Shown: positions 1 through 13,000 of the stretch, piece by piece
How positions within the stretch are numbered: the stretch's first letter is position 1
How the letters are laid out: each line of letters starts with the position of its first letter
Assembly (NCBI GenBank): GCA_000708835.1
Contig: DF237283.1
Span: 1 to 64,000, forward strand
Source: Klebsormidium nitens
Taxonomy: Eukaryota > Plantae > Klebsormidiophyceae
Direction of reading: 5' to 3'
Length of the DNA stretch: 64,000 nucleotides
Made by a program: the position numbers and the translations under genes
Notes under the pieces: generated by a model
Told to the model about the DNA's origin: nothing
Seen by the model: the letters and a program-made list of their open reading frames with translations, nothing else
The model's database searches: none

Positions 1-117
1 GGTGATCCGGTGGCATTTCTAGTTCAATACAGAAGACCAACAACCGAGCTCTAACCGGACAAAAATTTGCTTTACGCTTTACAGTTACGTCTTACCACTA
101 GTAAAGCATAAAGCAGA

Positions 118-230
118 CCGTCATGACACCGTAAGGAAATGACCGTAATTTTAATGCGTTACACGGGGTCAACCGTAACTACGGCGTAATTACGACAGTA
201 ATTACGGCGACCGTAATCAGACCGTAATGT
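118..230. repeat. Cluster of CCGTAA/TTACGG hexamers
   Basis: CCGTAA at 129, 143, 173, 211 and 222, TTACGG at 202, plus several one-mismatch variants. Confidence 0.75.
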
Positions 231-2003
231 AAACCCAAAAGCCCTAAGTAGGATACAAGCTCCTGAGACCCTTAGACTTTGTCCCAATTACATTGAAAAC
301 TCCAGCTGACTGACATTCTACAGTGCTTGATATCAGTGGAGCTTATATCAGCTGATTACACTGTCCATCATAAATCTTGACACTTTTGTCTTCATGGATA
401 CATGACGTACTGCAGCGGCCTGTGTTTCTAACCAAACGTGTTCCCTGTGACATTCACACAGTTTTTGCATCAACATAATGCTGGGCATATTTTACGTTCA
501 TTTTGATATCATCTGAAGCTCCCGGTACAGCATAGATGGCGCCTGGCCGGCGTTAGAAAAGTCAAGCCGGTTATATGCGGTTAGTCACAAGGCTCGAGTT
601 ACCCTGATTTCGCAACTAGCACGCATATAACAGTTCTGCCTTAACCTTCGGGTTATGTCAGTCAGGATATCCTATGCAACTCAGTCAACATGGAATCGAG
701 ACCTATCCGTACGTCTCCAAGTTCTCCGGGCCCGGAGTCCCGGTGCGTTGGAAAGCCGCCACGTGTTAAAATGCTTTCGAATCGGACTTGGATTCCCGAC
801 TCCCGAGGACGGCTGGATGTGGTGGTCGCACAACTTCGACATTCAGATACCTACCCGGTATTCTGATATTTCTCAAATATCACAACTCTGACTAACATGC
901 CTGGGCATCGCAGAGTTGCCTCGTGCATGTTGAACGGTGCTCATTGAGCACCTTCGAACCTATTCAACTGCATTTGACCGGCTATGATTTGTTCACGCGC
1001 CAGGCGCTACCCATGCTGGAGCGGACTGAGTTTCATCGTCTAAATGCAATCAATCAGAATGATGATGCAATTCCTTGAAAATATATCACGTCATTTGTAC
1101 ATCAGATCAATGACGCGAGATGAAAATGAGCAAAACAGATGCAACAAGCCATTCTGCCTGTTTCTCTTACTGCAACTTCGTACTGACTCAAATGTCTAGT
1201 AATGGGCAGTTCCACAACCCGGAATCATTCTCTAATGCTGCTTACATGCAGGGCCAGCTCATATATCCCCTCACAATGTCATGCAGCATTTCATACAGTG
1301 TCGTGGCTGCGGGGTGGCTGCTCTACAATGCTAGACCCGAAAAATAATGGTTACGAGCAAGAATGAACAATCTGAGGACACCACGCTCATGAGCTGGAGA
1401 CATGGGACTCCTATACCTAGCGATGGTCGCCGGAGCGCGGGTGCCAAACCGCACGGCGGCCCCTGGGAGGCGGCGACGACCGTTACTTACGAGGAATTGA
1501 CAAACTTTTAACCCGCACGCGGCCTGACCCTTTGTGCGTTTGCGAGGGATCGAAGCCAGGCCCCTCGCAATCATTGACGTCATCATTTCATCACCAAGTG
1601 AAGGAGAAATCCCCACGCCTCAGCCGCTAGACCAAGCGTAGGATGACTAACAATATGGTTACGAGCATATTAAGCATTGGATGCCAGTGGGTGGGCGTGC
1701 ATTGTGATTATTGCCTGATTCAAGGGCATGCCTGTGACTGGCCCCATGTGACTTCTTTCCGTTGTATCATGTGCCCACCAAATTCAGCACAATCCCAGCC
1801 GACCCAATCTTGCACTGTGCTAGTTAGGACTACAAACATATCAAGGTCGACGAAGCTTTTAAACGTGGTCATGGACATCACACACATGACAGTTGGAAGC
1901 CTGTTCGAAACCCTGTGTGGCCTGAGGTCCTGCCAAGTATTAAGGGGTAGAGACGGGCCGTAGGTTCATTGGTGGTAGACACATTTATAGCTGGCCCAAA
2001 CGA

Positions 2004-5000
2004 TCAAAGGTGCGTTGTTACTTGTTGCAACTGACGCGATTTAAAGTACGAGTGTCGTCCTGGAGCCGCAGACTCATATCGCCTGTTCTTGCGCGCACTC
2101 GTCGATTCGGATTCGTCCTCATCGTCGTTCTCCCTGTAATGACACTTTGGCTTTTAGCTGAGAAGCACGCTTTCTTTGTGCACTCTCTAGTGGATTGAAA
2201 TTACTTTCTGGATGAGAACTAAGCCAAAGCCTGCAGAACCAAGTTCCGCTTGCAGACGAGCGGACTGTCAAGCAAATCCCCCATACATATGCACGCAATC
2301 GTCTCTCAAAATATTCGAGCAGTAGACATCAAACGCCATCGGTCAGCGATGTCAAAGTTTGTTCTACTGCGGATACGTACACTTGACTAACAGACCGTCG
2401 CTCTTAGGTTCGCAGGAACTAGTGACGTCAGCAGATGTCAGGCAATAAGGACGCGTATCCGGTTGCTGACCCTCTCTGATTGCGACCGGCTATCCTTAGC
2501 AAGCTCACGTCAAACATGACAACTGGCTGGATTTCTAAAAGACTTGCACAAACGCTCCTTTGGAGGGGGAGGAAAAGAGAGCTCAACACAAGCTTAACAA
2601 GGATTAACTACAATCTCGGCCGGCTGAGCCATCAAACACCTTTTTGCCCGTTGACCACCGCAACAGCGACTAAAGCCGGCACAATTCTCCTGATTCCTGA
2701 CTGCCCTGACCCAATGCTTTGTCACTACTGCAACCCCGTACTGGGAGCGAAGAGCCTAAAGGCCTTACAGTTGGATGTCAGGTGCCTTTCTCCAGAACGT
2801 CAGGTGCTCATCTCAAGAACGCACCTGGCAAACCGCCCGGTCCAGAGTAACAAAGACGACGAGGAACGGAAACACGGGAACATTTAAGAAAGTGAGCGAT
2901 TACCGAAGGTCGCGCGACGGTTCAACGTTCAGGTTGGCCAAAGGAAAGAGCTGTCAGAGAAGGTTGTCACCAGAATAAAGAGCACATAGAAAGCAGAGGG
3001 AAAACAAACAGAAGAAAAACCGGAATGGAGTACTCACCATTGAACGTCCACACAAAGCTTGGCCACCAACGGTTTGCACGTGCCCCAGCTGAAGCGCACC
3101 AACGACGGGAAGCCAAACACGGGGTCCACGTTCGCCGCCAACCACGTCTTTGTCTCGGGGTCTGTAACCAGAAAATAAACCGGCTCGTTAGTGCTTCTTT
3201 GCGATTCGTAACCCAAGAAGATAACCCGGCTCGTTAGTGCTTCGTTCAGAGCATCGTGTTGGACTAATATGATCGAGCGTCTGCGGAAGACAAAGCTTTG
3301 CGGTTTCTCATACCAACAACGTAGTTCAAGAACCTCCAAAGGCGTCTTTGTCTCGGGGTCTGCAAACGAGGGAGGTAACGGCCCTTATCTCAACCTTGGA
3401 AAGCATGAAGCTTACTCAAGATGCACAAACCTTTGGTAAGTCGTTGAACACAGTTTGTCGATTGTCCACGACGTAATGGATATTGACGGACAGACGGCGA
3501 AGATAAGATATCGAAGACGGATCTTGAATACAAGGACTTCTCACCTGCCGGGTAGCCAGACCCAAACTGGCGCCCGTACTCGACACCTCTCTCTTCGAAC
3601 ACCCAGGCCCTCAACGCGCGATCTCTTGTTACCTAGAAGGAAGAGAGTATATTTTGCTTGAGCAGGAACTGCAAATACCCGTCGAGAGTCTGCTTCTCTG
3701 CGAGTATGGGCGAGGAACGCTCTTGGGAGAGGCCACCCCGAAGGAACAACGAGACTGCACACGTTATCCTTTTGGTGTTCAACCCGCTTGGCCGTTTGTT
3801 GAACAGCGGAGAAAAGAGGGATGGAGAGTGCGCTTACTGAGCCTAGCTAAGTAGCGGAGGCAGTTTATCCCCAGCTTCTATGCACACGTGCTCGATCTGA
3901 GTTTCTCCCGTTGGCTGGGTAGCAAGATCAAGACCGCTTTGCAATTGCATCTATGCGCTGTTCTTACGCGCAGGTCGAATAGAAAGTTGGACATTGAATG
4001 AACCTTTAAACCATCAGAACATGCCTCCGGACTGCTTCGACCGATCAAGAAAGTTTCGTACCTTTGCGACAATGCTGGCTGCACTGACAATTGGAAACAG
4101 GCTGTCGGCCTTCTTGCGCACGGTCATTCTGACCCCGGGAAATTTCTCGCTCAGTCGTTGCTCGTACTTCTCAGGATCGCCAACAGTATCGACGTAGACC
4201 TGGAGGAACGAAATAGGAGAGTCAATTTCACCTATGTACGTGGCTGATCGTTCAGAGAGTACAGACTTCGTCTCGCAACACCACTAGTAGGACTGGAAGC
4301 CCCAACTTTGATGAATAAAAGCGGCCCTACAATGGATTTTGAGTCGAGGGGCAAGATGAAGCAGAGAAAGCGGTTGCCAGCTGAACCGTTAGCCAAAAGT
4401 TGCTCCATCAGACCTGTATTGAGGAGACTGCCATGATCTGACGGGTCTTGTTCGCTGAGTATCGCGAAGAACCAGTCGTGTCTCAAGTCAACACGTACCT
4501 CAACCAGATTGACGCCTTTGTCGAGTGCCCCCCGGATTAATCCCATTGCTGAGTCGTGCGAGATGGCATTCAGACTTTTCTTCTCACTGCAAGAAAGGTT
4601 TTGAAAGGTTGAAAAGTGTCACGTTGAAGTATAACATCAAAGAAACCTGGTTGCTAACGAGGGATGTACCTGACCTGCCCGAAGCTCAGCCGTAAACCTT
4701 CAGAAAGAACCACAGCATTGGGGCAGCATGTGAGCTGCCTACTCCTAGCCCTTCTGTGTGCCTTTGAAAAGGTGGTGAGATCTCACCTTCGCAACATCTG
4801 AGATGACAGATCCTTTGCATGAATTACATCGGCTGCCCAGCCAATGGAGGTATCCTCCTTTAGCGCCTCAAAAAGAGTTTCTCGCTTTTCTTCTGTCAAT
4901 GTTTTGGAATCTGGTAGAAAGATGAGGAACGCCACATCAGATTGATAAGCTTAATCAATATCTGGGGGGATATGCAATTTCCAAGATCCACATTTAAAGC

Positions 5001-5848
5001 CAAGCAAGGCCCAGCATTGTTAGAAACTTTGCAAGTATGGTTCCTCCAAAACCATCGTGACATTCAGCATGCTTAGTACAACAAAACCAGGATCAAAACC
5101 AGGATTGAAAGCCAGGATTTAAAACAGAATTAAGTGCTGAAGGCCAAGTCTCAGTAACGGAATTTTTCTGCAAAAGTTTATGCAAGTCAGCCAGCAATCT
5201 GGGGTACTGACCTGCGAACTCCATGCCAGCTATCCTCGCTTTCTGTGACAAGGCACAAAACGCACACCCGTAAACCATCGGTCCTGCAGAAAGGCATTTT
5301 GTTTTGTCAGCTCATTGAAAAGTAAGGTGTTCCCTAGAACGAATATGTCTGCACCTCTGCCCTCCTGGGATAAGTACAAGGATGACATTCTGCTTTCACA
5401 CTTTGACTTGTGAGAATTTGAACGGAAGCAACTCTGGTGAATTCCTCTGTGGCTCCTCATGAGCCCCAATCTGGCTTGGAAATTATCACTCTTTCTAATG
5501 ATGTTTTCAAAGGAACGCACCCAAGATACATCAAGCCCAAGGGAGACACACTTTTGCAACCCAAAGCTGTGCAAAAGTGTGATTTAAACATATGAGACGG
5601 CTTCCAAATTATTGCACAGAGCTACTTGACACAACTTAAGCAGCTTGCTTGACACAACACATGAATATCTGTCTGCTCAGGCGAATCTGGTCATCTCCAA
5701 CCTCATGACAGACTTGGCCTCGAGGTTGCCACAATTGATGAATTGAGCACAGAGCCCCACCTAGTACTGGCCCTCTTCCTGCCTCATCGATGCCAAGAAT
5801 ACATGGCTCATTGAACCACGCAGGTTCTTCTCCTGTCCGTCCTTCCAT
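2004..5848 (-). CDS. RNASEH2A: Ribonuclease H2 catalytic subunit A (8 exons)
   Basis: Spliced translation gives the hallmark motifs [13 protein letters not shown]|PMVYG, FA|[42 protein letters not shown]|VTRD, FGSGYPA|[19 protein letters not shown], and a C-terminal [10 protein letters not shown]. Exons: 5761-5848, 5212-5283, 4787-4910, 4499-4586, 4062-4199, 3545-3632, 3038-3161, 2004-2133. All introns are GT-AG and in phase. Confidence 0.96.
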
Positions 5849-7037
5849 TATAACCCCGGAGTAGACTTGTACAATGTAAACCTTGCTCGATGTGCAAGTG
5901 GCGGTACAAGAAGCCGCCCTGAATGACTTGTGCACGACGCGTCGGCTGCTAAAAGAGTAAAGTGCACCGGCCAACTTTGGATTGGTCGTACCACCGTCAG
6001 GTCTGAGCAGGTCTGAGCTGTCGCTCTTTTTAGCTTTAAGATTGATTGTCCAGGTATCTGCTCCGACTCTAAAGTAAAGTTGGCGGGACACTTGACATTA
6101 GCGTCCGTCAGTATGTGTGCAGCCAGAGGGTGTTCACATTAACTTGCCGTTGCCCACTTCTGGTCAAACGGCTGCAATGGTTTCCGTTGAATCTCAATCT
6201 GGCGAAGGGATCTGCCTGCCCAGTTGCTAGTCAAAGTCTGAGAGCGTAAAAGGTCTCAACGTCAACAAGAATGACAGCAGATGCCTCAAAATTTTCAGAG
6301 GTACGAGGGACAGAACGAACACATGAAATTGGGTCCCCCAAAGACGAAAAAGGACGGTGCAACTTGCAGGTCTCTACATTCTAGGTTTCAGTGCAGCTTT
6401 TGATAGCCACCGCATGTGCTCCAAACTGGAATTGGACGATCACTTTTCTTTGCTGCTGCATCCAAAAACTTTGAAAGCAAACCTCAACTGGCAGTGGCAG
6501 TGGCAACTTCAGAGTTTGAACCAAATGGCGGGCTTTGCTAGAACAGGGTTTGGTCCCTACCCTCAAAGGGTTAGGTATTTGGGTTTGTTTTGATAAGAAT
6601 TTGACATAATGTTAGCAATTTTTTTAACCAGGATCTAGTTACCTTTTAACCGGGGCCGGCTAGGCCACAGGGTCATTCCGCTTCAGACTCGCATTTGGTA
6701 CCGCACTCATTAACTGATTTGTTTAACCCGTCTTGCAAATGCGTAATCTGCGGCACCCAAGGGCTCCTGTAAACCGCCGGCGCTAGCTCACAATGAACAA
6801 GCACAAATAAGATCGATCAACACGGCGACGAGTGAGCAGGAACATGACTTTCGTGGTCGCTCGCACTTCCGAGTTCGGGGCGACCGCGTAGCCCCGCTTC
6901 CGAACGCCTGAAACTTGTAAGTTGAACTGCCTCCTTCCAAGCCCTCGTTTTCATCTGAACACCACCTTCCGATCATATCAAGACAGCGCTAGCTAGCTTT
7001 ATCATTTATGGTGTCGACTGTTGTGATGTGGCCATGA

Positions 7038-10000
7038 ATGGCCACCGCCGTCCGTCAGCAGCGTAAGGACGTCCTTAGCACTCCAGCGGCTCAGCGGGCA
7101 GCGTTTCTGTGGAGAGCCGCGAATGCGCTGCTGCCAACTGCGCTGCCTGTGGCAAACAATCTGAGGCAAGCCAAAATGTTGACTGCATTGCAACGTTACG
7201 AGCCCTTTTTCACAACTTTCGTTTGTCTTGCATTTCCTGGCATTGCGTGTTTCTTGAGCTTTTGGAGGGCTACACTACGGTATCTCTACAAGCAAGCTTC
7301 GTGCATGGCATCTGCGTCTTTGCTGTGCATGATGGTGCGCCTCCACAATAATCGTGCTATCTAATGTAAAGGGTCTCATATTGAGTGAAGCTTTTGCCGA
7401 AGTAAGTTGAGCTTGTGCCCTTGTCCAACAATTGAAAGTCTCTCATTTATGAAGAGCAACCCCATGGATCTGGCTTCTTTCTGAAGCACATGGCTCTTAA
7501 CTCTTGAGATGAAAAGCCTTTGCCCACTGGGTTCTACAGCGCCTAGATTTTATACATCTTTCCTCATCTTCTCTTGAACGCTTATGAGCTTTTGCCACAC
7601 CAGACGGTTGCTTGCAGGAAGACTTTTGACAATGCAGGTTTTCTCCATGAAGTCAAGGCACAAATTGAGCGATGCAGTATTGTTATCAGCGAGAGAACCA
7701 TCCTGTGAAACAAGAACTTGGTTGGAAAGAGTTTTCCGATGTCATCTATCATTACCACCATTTGAATTTTTGTGAGGACACCTGCTGAGACATAACTCAT
7801 TTTCTAAGGTTTTGTTTCCATACCCAACTGCCAGTTCAACAAGGTTTGTTTCTTAGAAAACCCATCAAGATGCCAAGGCATATGTCTTGACTTTAATATA
7901 TTTGGTGTGCTATGCACAGATTATATTGTATGCTGAAAGGAGAATTGAAATCTTCTTCTGAACTTTTCATGAAAAGCTGAGACGTTAATGTACAGATTTA
8001 CAGAGCTCTGCAATGAAGGCAAGAGCCTCCTGTATGCACGAGTGAATCACGCCTTACCGCATTTGGAATCTGAACTTTCTCAATGCCGGTTTTGTACAGC
8101 ATTGGGGAAGCTGTTGCGACATTGCACATTTAATATCTCTTTCCGAAGCATGCTCAGTCCAACTGCCCTTTGCACTGTGTCTAATGGCCAATCAACCTGT
8201 CTTCTGCAGCGTTCAGCTCCGTCAACTTTGTGAAGCTCAGTCGGCCCCGCTCCCCAAGGGCGCCGACCAGCTCTCCTGTGCCCGTTGCGAAACTGCCCTG
8301 CTCCCGGGGGTAAACTGCAGAGTCCTCAGTGGCCGTCAAAAAAAGCATCCCGGCAGCCGGGCTGTCCTGTACCAGTGCTCGGTCTGCACGCACTCCGGCG
8401 CTTTCCCGGGCGCGAGCAGAGCCGCGGAAAGGAGCGCAAAAGCGGAGGAGGCGGCCCGAGAGCAGATCGAGCGCTTGGCGTCCGAAAGCGGTCCGAAAGC
8501 GGGCGTGGTTCCGGAGGGCGGGGCAAAGAGGAAACGGGCCAGGGGGAAAGTGCAAAGTCTGAGGGCGTTGGCTCAGAAAGCAGCGAAGCGGCCAGAGGAG
8601 CGGGCGGGGTTGGTTTTGGCGTCTGGGTCCGAGCCTAAACCTTCGGTTAAGCTTGTATCGGTGACTGCGGCTGAGGCTGAAGCTTCGGGTAATCTGGTGT
8701 TAGCACAGAGCTTGAACCCTCTGCAGGAATCACTCTTGGGCGAAGTCTCCACTGTGGTGACATCAGCGGTGACATCAGGGACGGTGGACGCTATCATGAC
8801 AGCTGGAGCGGGGCTTAGCAAGAACGACGACCGCAGCTCAGAGGGGGGGAAGATGCTGAGTGGAACGGAACCCCTCCCGGCGCTTGAGTCTGCCGAAGCA
8901 CCCCTCTTGAAAGTAGCCCCCGAAGGTGAACCCAAGACGGCCGATGTTTCATTTGAAGATCGACAACCTGCGCTGTATTCCTCTCTGGGTGAAGCGGCCG
9001 CAGCGCAGAATTGCACCGAGACGCCCCCGCTCGAAGTCCCCCTGCCCGAGAAACCCACCCCCCTAGTTCCTGCAGAAACCGCAAAGCCTGACACAAAGCC
9101 TGGGGTGTTTTTTCCTGCCGAAAAGGCCACACCGCAGCGGACAAAGCGTCCTGCCTCTCGGAGTGGGGGGCGGTCGGTTCTGGGGGCCTCCATGGCTGCG
9201 AAAGCTGGTCAGGGGGGGAAGGCAGCCCCCAGTTCTGCGAACCAGGGGGGCGATGACGAAGAGTCGCCGTACTCGAAAGTGGCCTCGCAAAGGGAGGTTG
9301 CAGAGGAGACTGCGCAACAGGGGGGAGGGATTGGCGAGCAACTTCAGAGTGGGGAAGAGGCAACTGCAGAACAAAATGCAGCTGGATTGCAAGAGACATC
9401 TGCCGGTATCCAGAGCAACAGGGGGGCCGAAAAGGGGGTGAATGAAGGGGCTTCGCAGGCAGCGGCAAAGGAGGAGAGAGGTGGCAGGGAAGATGTCCCA
9501 ACTAGCGAGGCTCTGCTCAAGCCCCCTGTCGCCCACCCTTCTGAAACCCCTGCTGATGAGCCCACAACCCAAAACGTTCCCCCTCCCAGCGAACCAGAGA
9601 GCAGCATCGACACTTCACTGCGCCGGTCCGCGCGCAAGCGGGGGGCGCCGAACGGCTCCGGAGCAGCCCCCCAGAAGGACGACACGGCGACCTCGTCCAA
9701 GGGGGCGGAGACGCCCAGTAGACGGTCACTTCGAAACGGGGGGGCTGCTTTGGCAGAGGCGACGACCCCCCTGAGGAGGTCCACACGGAGAGCGGGGTCT
9801 GTGGAGCCGGATGCGAAGAAAGCTGTGGCAACGCCGGGCAGGCGGTCAGGTCGGACTGGGGGGGTCGGCGAGGCTGGTGCGGAGCCCCCTGTTCCAAAAC
9901 CAACTCGGCGGGTGGGCAGCAGAGGTGTCTCTACTGAGCCCGAGGATGCCCCCCAGACGAGTGCAGCAGGGCGGGAAGAACTAGCGGCGGCTGAAAGAGG

Positions 10001-13000
10001 GACTGATGACAAGGAACAGGAAGGGGACGGAAAAGTGGAATCTGCCCTTGGAACGATAGCGGAGCTTCTGGAAGCGCCTTTGTCGACCTTTGACGCTTCC
10101 GAGGGGGTGGCGAGCGCCCTGGAAGTTTCCACCCAGGAGACGTTTGTGACTGCGACGCAGGAGAGCGTCCCCGGGGGAGAGTCTCAGTCGCAGACAAACA
10201 CCCCGTTGGAGGAAACGGAGACACAGCCTGTGCTGACGCAGGAAACAGATCCTGAAATGGAGGAGCTGACCCCCCCAGAACGAGAAGTGGGTCCGAGCGA
10301 GCAGGAAACAAGTCATACGGAGCCGGAAAGTGTGCCGATTTTGGCAGAGGAAGACATTCGGGGGGGGCCATTGGAAGGTGGGGTGTTTCCGAATACGGCG
10401 CTTGCTGAAGAAAGGACCGGAAGGGGAGCGGCGGAAGGAGGACTCGAGAAGGAGGAAGGAACGAAGGAAGACGAAGAGATGGCGGATGCAGATGTGCACG
10501 AACGAGAAGGAAAGGACGAAGGGGGAGAAAAGAGGGAAATGGAAGCCGTCGATTTGGGGGGGGCTTTGAGGACTGCGGAACAGGTCGCAGAGGAGATAAC
10601 GGTGGGGGAGATCGAAATGGGGGGCGGCGAACAAACGGCAGCAGAGAAGAGGGACAGCCTGCTGGAGCATGACGTGGAAGTGCCAGCTACGAAGCGCCGG
10701 AGGGGATCCCCCGAGGCGGACGATTCAACCGCCCCCACAGAAGCGGGCGTTTCTGTGGCCGAGCAAGAGCCGGGTCTCACCCAAACGATTGAGAATATGT
10801 TCACCGCTGTGGGGGGTTCTCCGGGCATCGAAACGGGGGGATTCTTTGCCACTGATTTTGGACCCCCTGCCGCAGCTGACGAGGTTCCAGTGGGGCAGAA
10901 CGGGCGTGAGACAGCGGACGGGGCGGGGGCCATCTCTAGGCTGGCCTCCGCAGAGTCGGCTGACGTCATGATGGCCTCTGCTGACGTCGAAACGCCCTCT
11001 GCTGACGTCGGAACGGCCGCTGCTGCCGTCAGACCGGCCTCCGCCCGTCTCCCGCCGCAGGCGATCGTCATCGAGGACGCCCTCGCGCTCGCTGACGGGC
11101 TGCTGACGTCACCGACGCTCGGCCTCGGGATCGAGGGCCACTTTCCGCCGACGCCGACGCCGGAGGGGCCGTGGAAAACTGCCGCAGCTGCAGGTGAACC
11201 TTTTGGCCAATCGCATCCGTCAGATTTGCAGACCAACTGTCAGCTTGGAACGCTTTATCGTGGTGGCCTTAGTAAGCGTGCTAACTGCAGTTACTGGTGA
11301 CAAGACTGACAACTTTTAAACCTTGTAAGCTTAGTTTCAAATTGGAACCTTAACCAGGTTTGGTCAAGGGAATGTGGCACAAATTTTGATATCGGCAGCC
11401 GACAGTACCGTATGAAAATGTCGTCTACGTCTTTGTCCATGTCAGTCAACGCAATACAGATCTGCTTATACAGTAGTGCTTTCTAAGACGAAGCTACTGG
11501 TATGTGTTTGCGCCTCATGCTGCAGTGTTCGTTGACACGAGAAAGTGCAACTGGGAGCAAAGAGAACTTAAGTTTGAAGAGAAGCAATGGGCATCTCTGC
11601 AGGTTGACGGAAAGGCGGTACAAGGTTCGCATGGAATCGACTAGGAGCAATCCTAGGCCTGACGATATAAGGATAGTCCAGGCTTTTCCGCAACAGTATT
11701 TGGACACATTCTAGAATCCGTTCTGGACAGAATGGACAATAATCCGGTCTTGCCTCCGCCTGAAAACAAGACACCTTCGATTCTTCCACAGGTGATGTCA
11801 TCGACACCCACGAACGCGTCGACGCTGACGTCAGCTTCGAGCCGGGCACTCAGCCTCTCGAGCAGGAGCACGAGGGCGGCGACACGGACCTGGAAGACGC
11901 TGACGTCATCCCGGATCGGGAGCGCGGCGCCCCATCACACACGCGCCGNNNNNNNNNNNNNNNNNNNNNNNNNNNNNNNNNNNNNNNNNNNNNNNNNNNN
12001 NNNNNNNNNNNNNNNNNNNNNNNNNNNNNNNNNNNNNNNNNNNNNNNNNNNNNNNNNNNNNNNNNNNNNNNNNNNNNNNNNNNNNNNNNNNNNNNNNNNN
12101 NNNNNNNNNNNNNNNNNNNNNNNNNNNNNNNNNNNNNNNNNNNNNNNNNNNNNNNNNNNNNNNNNNNNNNNNNNNNNNNNNNNNNNNNNNNNNNNNNNNN
12201 NNNNNNNNNNNNNNNNNNNNNNNNNNNNNNNNNNNNNNNNNNNNNNNNNNNNNNNNNNNNNNNNNNNNNNNNNNNNNNNNNNNNNNNNNNNNGGGCTGCC
12301 TGCCGAAGCAGAGGGGCAGTTCGAGCAGCGCTCTGGCGGGGGGGACCGCCAGCTGGCGAGCGGAGCGGATGCGACCGCCCCAGAAAGGTGCGTTGAGAGT
12401 TTGATGTCGGTAGCAACAGCCGCCTTTGCGTGAAAACCTTGCTTAGCAAGGGGGTTTGGGTGTCTCCAACGGCCTGCGGCGGTCGTTTCTATTGGTTCAG
12501 TCTCGCGGCATACGAGGTCATTCTCAGGTCCCTGTCTCTTGCACTCGATGATAGGCCAAAGGACATTGTCAATGCGATGCATACTGGATCTGCTGTCAAG
12601 ATTCAGGTCGCCTCTTCTACGAGAGCTACGAGCCGACCCAAGCTCATTGGGCTTAGCAAACGTCGGGAGTGGGCCAAACCCACTCTGCCTACTCTTATCT
12701 ATCGTTCACCAGCTCTTTCCCCCTTATGCAGTGCTCTGTGGACGGATAATCCAGACGCTCGCGAGGATCTTAATGGGCTGTCGCTGCAATCGCGGGCCGC
12801 AATAGAGAACGCAGCTCGTGTTCAAGCGGCTCAAAGGTACGTGGCAAGTCGGGAAGAAGACTTGCAGAACCTGACAGTGGATGTAGCCCGAGTAGAGGCG
12901 AGAAACAGGAGGTTAGAGGCGGAAAAGGAGAATCTAACGGCGGAAACGGCGGAGCTGAGGGCGGCCAGAGCGGAAACGGAAGCGGAAAGAGAGGCGGAAA

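Noticed and set aside
11732-12582. ORFs spanning the N run
   Set aside because: Artefacts of translating N as X.
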